A DNA stretch of 32,000 nucleotides from Gemmata obscuriglobus (lineage in GTDB: Bacteria > Planctomycetota > Planctomycetia > Gemmatales > Gemmataceae): contig NZ_CP042911.1 of the NCBI RefSeq assembly GCF_008065095.1, forward strand, positions 8,700,001 through 8,732,000, written 5' to 3'. Both the position numbers and the translations under genes were made by a program. How positions within the stretch are numbered: position 1 is the first letter of the stretch; each line of letters opens with the position of its first letter. Under the pieces are notes generated by a model, which was given only the letters and a program-made list of their open reading frames with translations, had not been told where the DNA came from and searched no databases. Positions 16,524 through 23,871 of the stretch are shown piece after piece.

Positions 16524-17420
16524 TCAAGACGAGAGCGAGGCCGCCGCGCCGTCGGCCGGAGGGGTGTTCGCGAACTCCGCGCTCGACGGGTTGTGGTCGT
16601 CGAGCGAGCGGAGCAGCTTCGCGCTCTCCTCCAAATCGTTGCCCATGCAGCACACGCTGATCACCACCTCCGCCAGCGCGGCGAACGGCAGGTCCGCCGT
16701 CACCTCCACCCACCGGGCCAGTTCCGCGGCCGTGAGTTCGGGCACCTTGCGGGCGAGGTACGCCTCCCGCATCCGGGCGTCCGGCGCCTCGATGCGCAGG
16801 ACCCGGTCGAACCGCCGCGGGCGCGAGATGATGCGCCGGTCGAGCTTCTCGGGGTAGTTCGTGGTCGCGATGTTCACGACCTTATCAACCTGATGGTTGC
16901 CGTCGAGCCACTGGAGCAGCTCCGAATCGCCGTGGTCGGCGATGATGGCGTCGATGTCCTCGAAGACGCAGACGATGGGCCGCTCCGGCTCGACCTCGCG
17001 GAACTTCTGCAAGCAGTGGATGAAGTGGTACGGCACTTGGCAGTAGAACGCGAGGTGCCCGTCCGCGACGATGTCGCCGATGATCTGGTTCACGAGCGAC
17101 GACTTGCCGCACCCCTGTTTGCCGTACAGCAGGTACCCGCGGCGGTGCAAGTAGCCGTACCGCCGGAACCGGTCGCCCGTCTGCCAAAACTTCTTGATCT
17201 CGTTTTGAACCTTGGCGGGCAAGCTGTCGGTGAAGTGGATTAACTCGTCGGCTTGCAGGTCGCGGCCCACGTAGTTCGGGTGGCCGCAGTTGTCGAGGTG
17301 AACGGTGTACGCGCCCGGCGGGAGCGTTTCGGCGGTGCGGCCGCACACCTGATACTTGTTCGGGCCGGTGATCATCCACTGGAAGCCGTACTCGTTCCGA
17401 ACGGAGAGCCGGTTCACCAT
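16524..17420 (-). CDS. Classic-clade AAA ATPase with an uncharacterised N-terminal domain of about 90 aa.
   Basis: 298-aa ORF. Motifs are Walker A GYLLYGKQGCGKSS, Walker B IVCVFEDIDAI, sensor-1 region IATTNYPEKLD and an arginine-finger region RPRRFDRVLRIEAPD. It is convergent with the preceding vWA / 259-aa gene pair. Confidence 0.85.
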   Translation of the reverse strand: MVNRLSVRNEYGFQWMITGPNKYQVCGRTAETLPPGAYTVHLDNCGHPNYVGRDLQADELIHFTDSLPAKVQNEIKKFWQTGDRFRRYGYLHRRGYLLYGKQGCGKSSLVNQIIGDIVADGHLAFYCQVPYHFIHCLQKFREVEPERPIVCVFEDIDAIIADHGDSELLQWLDGNHQVDKVVNIATTNYPEKLDRRIISRPRRFDRVLRIEAPDARMREAYLARKVPELTAAELARWVEVTADLPFAALAEVVISVCCMGNDLEESAKLLRSLDDHNPSSAEFANTPPADGAAASLSS

Positions 17421-17566
17421 TGCGTCCTCAATGTGTGGGTGCGCAAATCACAGACCCGCCGCGGCGCCGCGCGGTTCGCGCGAAACGCCTCGGCGGGTCT
17501 GAGTTGTAACCCGTCACGAACGGGGACGCAGTGTCGGTAGGGTTCGGCGCGGCACGCGCCGAGGCA

Positions 17567-18871
17567 TCACTGCGCCGGCTTCACTTCCCACTTACGCGTG
17601 ACGGGCGCCGCCAGCTTGTAGATGTCCTTCTGCGCGGCGTCGATCTTCTCCATGCGCTTCGCGAGTTCAAAGGTCCTTCGTGCGGTAACCGTTTCGGCCA
17701 CGTCCTTGAGCCACTCTTTATTCGGGAACTGGAACATGACCACGTCAAAGAAGCGTTGCGCAACGAGTTGGTTCTTCGCGTTGATCGCCTGGAGCACCTT
17801 GTTGGCCTGCTCCCACACCGGGCCGGCGGTCACGTTCCCGACGTTCACACCCGCGGCCAGATCTTTCGCCGAGTACGTGCCGACTGCGGCGCCATCGACG
17901 GAAACGACGTAGCTGCCGTCCTTGAGGCCCTTCACGGTGAGACCGTAGTAGTTCAGGTCCTTGAGTTCGTTCGTGTACGGCAGCATCGGCAGCCAGTCCT
18001 TCTGGATCGGCAGCGGCAGCGCTTCGTCAGTGCGGGTGAAGCTCACGCCGGCAGTGTTAGGGAGCACGCTCACGTCGCCGACCTTGCAGCTTTTGGCGTC
18101 GGCCTTGCCGGCGCTCGCGTCCACCGCCACATCGCTAACGAGCGCCGGCGCGTTCAGCCCGGTGAGGATGGCGTGGGCCATCAGCAGCCCGCCCGGGGGC
18201 GAGGTGTGGAACCCGTCGTAGTACGGCACCGCCTTCTTCGCCGTCGGGTCATCGATTTCCATCTTGTCGGTCGCGGCGCGGGTGATCGCGTACTGGTCCA
18301 CGAAGCTCACCTTGTGCTTCGCGGCGAGTTCCTTGAGCGGGGCGTAAAACTGCTTCTGCGTCTCGACGTACTGCTTGCCGTTGCTCTTGTTGCGGCGGTC
18401 CACGGCGTTGGGCGAGAGCAGCGCGACCCGCGCCCCGGCCTTGGTCGCCATGTCGAGCATGGCGGAGGTGCGTTCGGCGAACCGCTTGCACGCGTCCGGG
18501 TTGAACCCGCCGTACCCGCCGTCGTTCATCCCGAAGTTGATCGTGATGGCGGTCGGCTTCTCGGCGAGCACCTGGCTCTGGAACCGCGCGGCGCCGCCGT
18601 TGGCGGTGTCGCCGCCGATGCCCGCGTTGATGAACGTGAAGTTGCCCTTGGGCATCCGGGTGGTGAGGTACAACTCGATGTACGTCGAGTACTGGTACTG
18701 GGCGGTGATGCTGTCCCCGAGGAACACGATGCGGTCGTTCGGCTTGAAGAAGAAGTCATTCCCGTCGGCCGCAGCGGCCACGGGTTTGGGCTCGGCGGCG
18801 CGCGTTACAGGAGCGTCGGGAGTGAACCCAAGAAAGGCCGCGAGCGCGGCGAAAAGGAGCAGGCGGGACAT
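17567..18871 (-). CDS. Secreted SGNH/GDSL-family hydrolase with an uncharacterised C-terminal domain of about 190 aa.
   Basis: SGNH blocks are FLGDSITAQ (block I), NAGIGGDT (II), GMNDG (III) and DGFHTSPPG (V). I chose the ATG at 18871, which gives the signal-peptide-like start MSRLLLFAALAAFLGF and is preceded by GAGG. The ORF-track start at 18985 would overlap thyX. Confidence 0.8.
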   Translation of the reverse strand: MSRLLLFAALAAFLGFTPDAPVTRAAEPKPVAAAADGNDFFFKPNDRIVFLGDSITAQYQYSTYIELYLTTRMPKGNFTFINAGIGGDTANGGAARFQSQVLAEKPTAITINFGMNDGGYGGFNPDACKRFAERTSAMLDMATKAGARVALLSPNAVDRRNKSNGKQYVETQKQFYAPLKELAAKHKVSFVDQYAITRAATDKMEIDDPTAKKAVPYYDGFHTSPPGGLLMAHAILTGLNAPALVSDVAVDASAGKADAKSCKVGDVSVLPNTAGVSFTRTDEALPLPIQKDWLPMLPYTNELKDLNYYGLTVKGLKDGSYVVSVDGAAVGTYSAKDLAAGVNVGNVTAGPVWEQANKVLQAINAKNQLVAQRFFDVVMFQFPNKEWLKDVAETVTARRTFELAKRMEKIDAAQKDIYKLAAPVTRKWEVKPAQ

Positions 18872-18981
18872 TACAGAAACCTCGTGCAGAGGAGGGAGGG
18901 CACGAGGCGAGATTGTAAGTGAGGGGCCACCCCGCCGCGAACGGAATCCCTGATCGTTTTCGGATTCCGGCGCGGCGCGAG

Positions 18982-19830
18982 TCACACCTTCTTGAACTGC
19001 GTCGCCAACTCGAACGTGCCGTCGGGAAGGGGCACCTTCTGGTAATCGCCGAAGAGATTAGGGGCGTCTTTCTGGAGCACATCCAGGATCGCGCACGAGA
19101 GCTTGCGGATCTCCGGCTCGGCGTGGCTCGATCCGCGCATCTCCAAAAAGTGCCGCAGCGCGCGGGCGTTCGCGGTGATGAAGATCTTGGTCTCGGTGGC
19201 GTTCGGCAGCACGCTCCGCGCGGCCTGACGCGCGGCCTTGCGGCGGGTGGTGCGGTCCGGGTTCGGCGGGAGCATCGCCGCCGCAGCGGCGGCCGGGTCG
19301 CCGAGCTTCGCGTTGAGCGCGTCGGCGAGCTTCATGTACGCCGCGTGCGACTGCTGCACCGATTCGAGCCAGATCGCGTGCAACTCGGGGTCGCGGGCGA
19401 TGATGTCGGGCTCCACGTACTCGGCCACCGACTCGTCCACGTACCGCTGCGAGAGCTGGCTGAAGCCGAACCCGGCGCGGTGCCGCACCAGCTCGTGCGT
19501 GAGGGACCGCGACACCCCAGTGAGGAGCAGGTTCCACACCGCGTGCTCCAGCACGCTCCCGTGCCCCACTTCCTTGATGTGGGTCAGGTACGCGCTGTTG
19601 CCGCCCGGTCGCGGCTTCGCGAACGACATATAACAGACGCGTCCCGCCGTTTCCGTGAGCACCTCGCCAGCGATCTCGCTGTCACTCTCCCAGCTCACAC
19701 CGTGATCGACCAAAAATCGATCGAGTTCGGCCTGATCGACCGTTTGCCGGCCCAGGACGTAAACCGAAGGCTCGGTGATGACGCGAACGTCGTTGTCCAC
19801 AGGAACAGCCGTAGGAGTTGGCACGACCAT
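18982..19830 (-). CDS. thyX: FAD-dependent thymidylate synthase ThyX.
   Basis: 282-aa ORF containing the ThyX signature RHR....SQ.SQRY (LVRHRAGFGFSQLSQRYV) and upstream SVLEHAVW. The length is typical for the family. Confidence 0.9.
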   Translation of the reverse strand: MVVPTPTAVPVDNDVRVITEPSVYVLGRQTVDQAELDRFLVDHGVSWESDSEIAGEVLTETAGRVCYMSFAKPRPGGNSAYLTHIKEVGHGSVLEHAVWNLLLTGVSRSLTHELVRHRAGFGFSQLSQRYVDESVAEYVEPDIIARDPELHAIWLESVQQSHAAYMKLADALNAKLGDPAAAAAAMLPPNPDRTTRRKAARQAARSVLPNATETKIFITANARALRHFLEMRGSSHAEPEIRKLSCAILDVLQKDAPNLFGDYQKVPLPDGTFELATQFKKV

Positions 19831-19924
19831 GCGATGAGCCCGTCCGTGGGTACGATGTCATCGTTGTATCGGCCGAATTGATTGGGCCACTGAGATCGAT
19901 TGTGCCGCGTGCCGGATTTTCAAC

Positions 19925-20812
19925 ATGCCTCGCCTCGACGTTTCTCCGGCCGCCCCTCACGAACTGCTCACGGCGTGCCGGCTTCTCTTCAATTCACCGA
20001 ATTCGGAAGGCGTTCGCGATCGGCTCCTTTCCGCCGGGGCTTCATCTAACGTATTCGTTGCTCGGGCCGGTGGCCGCGTGTGCGCCGCCGCGCTGGCCCA
20101 AACGCTCCCCGGCGCGATCGGGGTGTCGTGCCCGCCCCGCGGCGACTCGCCCGAAGCGGAAGACGCGGTTGCGAATGCGGCGTGCGTGTGGCTGAGAGCC
20201 TGCGGCGTTAAGGTGTGTCAGGCGTTCGCGCTCGCGGACGAACTCCACCTGATGGGGTCACTCGAACGGGTCGGGTTCCGGTACACCACTCAACTCGCGT
20301 TCTTGCGCCGTGAGATCGCCGGCGTAATGCAGAGTAAGGCCCGACCGGAGGTGTCGTGCGAACCGGTTCCGCTCTCCGGCTCACCGCTCTCAGCGCAAGT
20401 GCGCGAAGTGCTGCTTGCGACACATCGAGCCACGCTCGACTGCCCGGAACTCAACGCGCCCCGCACGGCGGACGAGATCGTCGCGGGGTTCGAGGTCGCC
20501 CCGAACCGCGGGTGCCACCTCGTGTCCCACGCTGGCCGGTGCGTCGGGGTGTTGTTACTCGACACTTTCGATACCGGCTCCGGGGGGCCGGACGCGGAGC
20601 TGTCATACCTCGGAATCGTCCCGGAGGCCCGCGGACACGGGATCGGTGGTGCGGCGCTCGCGTTCGCGCTCGGCGCGCTGTCCGACGCCGGGGGCGGTGC
20701 GCTGAGCCTATCGGTCGACATGCGCAACACGCCCGCGGTGCGCCTCTACACGCGGCTCGGGTTCGCCGAGTACGAGCGCCGGGGCGTCTGGCTGGCAACG
20801 TGGCCCGGCTAA
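19925..20812 (+). CDS. GNAT-family N-acetyltransferase, possibly a tandem GNAT fold.
   Basis: The C-terminal half has the acetyl-CoA-binding pattern LSYLGIVPEARGHGIGGAALAFAL followed by NTPAVRLYTRLGFAEYERR. The N-terminal half (VARAGGRVCAAALAQ...) looks like a degenerate second GNAT-like half. Confidence 0.8.
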   Translation: MPRLDVSPAAPHELLTACRLLFNSPNSEGVRDRLLSAGASSNVFVARAGGRVCAAALAQTLPGAIGVSCPPRGDSPEAEDAVANAACVWLRACGVKVCQAFALADELHLMGSLERVGFRYTTQLAFLRREIAGVMQSKARPEVSCEPVPLSGSPLSAQVREVLLATHRATLDCPELNAPRTADEIVAGFEVAPNRGCHLVSHAGRCVGVLLLDTFDTGSGGPDAELSYLGIVPEARGHGIGGAALAFALGALSDAGGGALSLSVDMRNTPAVRLYTRLGFAEYERRGVWLATWPG

Positions 20813-21080
20813 CTTCAGTCCGATTTCCCTCAAGCCCCATTCTGTCCAAGCGACTTTTGCGCGCGCGCCCAACGGCGCTACGTTGCGCCTTCTGGCGCGG
20901 TTACGGCGCCCGCACCCGGCGCGCGTGACTCTGCGGGCCGCGCCAAGGTCCGTTGCGATGCGCGCGCGACAACTGACCTTCTGGCCCGTAGGCGCACCAC
21001 TCGCGGCGCAGATATTGAAAGGACTCACGCACCGCACCGGGGAGTTCACCGTGCCACCCCGACTTGCCACACGCGACCGC

Positions 21081-22595
21081 ATGCCACACGAACAGCCCGA
21101 GCCCCGTGTCCCGTCCGCTGCCGCACTGACCGACGCCGTCTCCGCCAAGGTCGGGGCAGCCCGGTTCGCGCTCTGGTTCCAGGGCCACACGACGTTCGTC
21201 CCGCTCGGCGGGCGCGTCGTGGTGGCGGCCCGGAACCGCCACACCCAGGAGTGGCTCGAACACACCTTCGGCGCCGCGGTGCGGGCCGCGGTAACGGACC
21301 TGTGCGGCGACGGCGTCCCGGTGCAGTGGGTGGTGGACGACCTGCTGAACTCCCGCGCCACCGAAGACGCGCCGGCGGTTCGTACTGCAACCGCGGCTCC
21401 TTCGGAACGTGCTGCGGCGCGAGGCGAACAGCCGGCCGCGCCGCAACCGCGGCAGCAACTGGACCTGTTCGGCGACCCGGTGCCGCCGCCCAAGCCGAAG
21501 GTGAAGCGGGCGGACCCGGAAGCCGAAGCGCTCGCCCGGCCGCTGGCCGCCCAGCGCACCGGCCGGCGGTGGAAGTCCCTCGCGGATTTCGTTTCGGGGC
21601 CGTGCAACCGCGTCGCCCACGCGTCGGCGCTGAGCGCGGTGGAGGAGCCCGGGCAGGGCGCGAACCCGCTGGTGATTCACGGGCCGGTCGGGACCGGGAA
21701 GACCCACCTGCTCGAAGGCGTCTACGCCGGGCTGAAGCGCCAGAGCGACCAACGCCCGTGCTACGTCACCGCCGAGGAGTTCACGACCAAGTTCGTGCAG
21801 GCGTCGCGGCTGGGGAAGATGTCCCAGTTCCGGCGCCAGTTCCGCGAGTGCAGCGTGCTGCTGCTGGACGACCTGCACTTCCTAGCGACCAAGAAGGCCA
21901 CGCAGGAAGAGTTCCTGCACACGTTCGACGCGCTGATCGCGGACGGGCGGCAGGTGGTGGTGACAACTGACTGTCACCCGCGCCTGGCCGACGAACTGAT
22001 GCCCGAGCTGCTCGACCGGTTGCTCGGCGGCGCGGTGTGGGGGCTCCAGCCGCCGGACCCGGAGACGCGGCTGGAGATCCTCCGCAAGAAATCGTGCGGG
22101 GCCAACCCGCCGATCCCGGAGAACGTTCTGAAGACGCTCGCCAACACGCTCCGCGGCAACGTCCGCGAGCTGGAAGGCGCCATCAACAGCGTCCGGCACT
22201 ACGCGAAGGTGACCGGCCGGCCCGTGGACCTTGCGACCGCGCGTGAAGCCCTCGGCGACCTGTTGCGTCACGCGGTGCGGACGGTAACAGTCGCGGACGT
22301 GGACGCCGCCGTGTGTGCGACGCTCCGGCTCTCGGCGGGCACGCTCCAGTCGAAGGCCCGGACGTGGGCGGTGAGCCACCCGCGTATGGTCGCGATCTAC
22401 CTGAGCCGGAAACACACCGCGGCCACCTACGGCGAGGTGAGCAAGCACTTCGGCGCGAAGACCCACAGCACGGCGGTCGCGGCGGAAAAGAAGGTGCGGG
22501 GCTGGCTGGACAAGGGCGAGAGCATCGCCATCGGCGACCGCGACTGGCCGGCGAAGGAGCTGGTTGATCGCGTCGAGCGCGAGTTGCAGCGGTAA
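21081..22595 (+). CDS. dnaA: Chromosomal replication initiator protein DnaA.
   Basis: Domain I-like N-terminus (FALWFQGHTTFVPLGGRVVVAARNRHTQEWLEHTF), followed by a long Pro/Ala-rich linker. AAA+ motifs are Walker A GPVGTGKTHLL and Walker B LLLDDLHFL, with RGNVRELEGA also present. The C-terminal DNA-binding domain reads MVAIYLSRKHTAATYGEVSKHFGAKTHSTAVAAEKKV. The ATG at 21081 is chosen over the ORF-track start at 20883; the exact start is uncertain. Confidence 0.9.
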   Translation: MPHEQPEPRVPSAAALTDAVSAKVGAARFALWFQGHTTFVPLGGRVVVAARNRHTQEWLEHTFGAAVRAAVTDLCGDGVPVQWVVDDLLNSRATEDAPAVRTATAAPSERAAARGEQPAAPQPRQQLDLFGDPVPPPKPKVKRADPEAEALARPLAAQRTGRRWKSLADFVSGPCNRVAHASALSAVEEPGQGANPLVIHGPVGTGKTHLLEGVYAGLKRQSDQRPCYVTAEEFTTKFVQASRLGKMSQFRRQFRECSVLLLDDLHFLATKKATQEEFLHTFDALIADGRQVVVTTDCHPRLADELMPELLDRLLGGAVWGLQPPDPETRLEILRKKSCGANPPIPENVLKTLANTLRGNVRELEGAINSVRHYAKVTGRPVDLATAREALGDLLRHAVRTVTVADVDAAVCATLRLSAGTLQSKARTWAVSHPRMVAIYLSRKHTAATYGEVSKHFGAKTHSTAVAAEKKVRGWLDKGESIAIGDRDWPAKELVDRVERELQR

Positions 22596-22613
22596 GGTGT
22601 TCCTCTCGCGTTG

Positions 22614-23447
22614 TCACGCCACTTCGGCCTTTTCACCAGCGTTCGTCACAACTCGTTGTTCTTCGTCCGCCGCTCCCGTACCGCGCGGGAGCAGCGGACG
22701 AGTCATGTGACCGAGCCACGTCGATGGGACGGGCTGATTGATACCGAACGCCTCTGGCTCGCGATCCGGGCACACGTAGGTGCCGAACAGCACGTCCATG
22801 AGCGGGCACACGTTCCCGTAGTTCCCGGCGTCGCGATCGCGGGCGTGGTGCCAGTGATGCAGTTCCGGCGCCCCGAGCAGCGGGCGCAACGGGCCGAGCG
22901 GGAGCCGCACGTTCGAGTGGATGTAGATCGCCCACACCCCACGAAACGCAATGAACCCAGCCAGCGCCTCTAATGGGAAGCCGAGTACGAATGCGGGTAG
23001 ATTAATGAGCGTCATCGTGTACACCGTGTCCAGCGGGTGCTCGCGGTGAGCGGCCAGCCAGTCGAGGTGTTCGGCGCTGTGATGCACCGCATGAAACCGC
23101 CACAAGAAGCTCCATCGGTGCTGGAACCGGTGCCCCCAGTACACGCAAAAGTCACTCAGAAGCACCACCTCCAGTACTTGGAGCCCGAACGGCTGCCCCG
23201 CCACGGCTTGCGCAAACTCGGGCGGGACCAATCGGCCGATTGCACCACGGGTGTGCCACAAGCACCAGAACACCAGCCCGTTCCAGAGCAGGTACTGGCC
23301 CAGAAAGAATGACAGGTCGAGTGCCCAACCGGGGCGAAAGAGCTTCTGTCCCGGCTTCGCGGGGAACAGCATCTCTAACGGGCGCAGTACAGCAGCGAGC
23401 CCCAACAGGCTGGCGCCGGTTGCAAGTAAAAGGGAGATGAGGCCCAT
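22614..23447 (-). CDS. Fatty acid hydroxylase / sterol desaturase superfamily membrane protein (di-iron, histidine-box).
   Basis: 277-aa ORF with several hydrophobic segments and three histidine boxes: HRFQH, HAVHH and HHWHH (WGHRFQHRWSFLWRFHAVHHSAEH ... PELHHWHHA). Confidence 0.85.
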   Translation of the reverse strand: MGLISLLLATGASLLGLAAVLRPLEMLFPAKPGQKLFRPGWALDLSFFLGQYLLWNGLVFWCLWHTRGAIGRLVPPEFAQAVAGQPFGLQVLEVVLLSDFCVYWGHRFQHRWSFLWRFHAVHHSAEHLDWLAAHREHPLDTVYTMTLINLPAFVLGFPLEALAGFIAFRGVWAIYIHSNVRLPLGPLRPLLGAPELHHWHHARDRDAGNYGNVCPLMDVLFGTYVCPDREPEAFGINQPVPSTWLGHMTRPLLPRGTGAADEEQRVVTNAGEKAEVA

Positions 23448-23504
23448 GCCCGCCCCGCAAAAAGTGAGTCGTTCGGGTGGAAACCACGCGGCCGCTCGGC
23501 ACGA

Positions 23505-23840
23505 TCACGGCTTGGGCGCAGGTGGCGTGGCAGGAGTTCCGGACAACACCGCTCCCGGCGGATCAATGATCACGATCGACTTCGAGCCACCTAAAAAGGT
23601 CGGGGGCGTGGCGGACGGATCGGATCCGGATCCGGATCCGGATCCGGGCACATCACTCGATTGAGAGTGGGGTGACGTAGTGTGGGGACTCGGCGCGGCG
23701 GAGAACGCCCCAGCGCGGTACGCCACGAACGCACCAACACACAACACGGCGCCGACAAGCGCGGCCGCCTTTAGCCCCAGCTTCGCAGAACTCATCACGA
23801 TCTCCCGGTCAGCGGTTTGCGCGATTCTACTTCGCGGCAT
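23505..23840 (-). CDS. Small single-pass membrane protein with a Gly-Ser repeat and a Pro-rich tail (hypothetical).
   Basis: The TM segment is LGLKAAALVGAVLCVGAFVAY, followed by the low-complexity stretch SPHTTSPHSQSSDVPGSGSGSGSDPSATPP. The ATG at 23840 (GGAG upstream) is chosen; the ATG at 23795 (GGGAG upstream) is an equally plausible start. The gene lies between the WD40 gene and the hydroxylase gene on the same strand. Confidence 0.4.
   Translation of the reverse strand: MPRSRIAQTADREIVMSSAKLGLKAAALVGAVLCVGAFVAYRAGAFSAAPSPHTTSPHSQSSDVPGSGSGSGSDPSATPPTFLGGSKSIVIIDPPGAVLSGTPATPPAPKP
23617..23645. repeat. GGATCC hexamer microsatellite: four perfect units plus one 5-nt unit, inside the small membrane-protein gene.
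   Basis: The sequence reads ggatc ggatcc ggatcc ggatcc ggatcc. Each unit is itself palindromic (a BamHI site). On the minus strand it encodes the GSGSGSGS stretch. Confidence 0.9.
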
Positions 23841-23871
23841 CACCACTCCGGAAGACCGGGCCAACGGCTCG

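Noticed and set aside
20883-21080. N-terminal extensions offered by the ORF track: dnaA from 20883, SGNH from 18985, WD40 from 26343, FKBP from 27341 and STAS from 3833.
   Set aside because: The extensions are Arg/Pro-rich or overlap neighbouring genes or repeat elements. Internal ATGs with SD-like sequences or signal peptides give family-typical N-termini. The starts remain uncertain, as noted in the features.
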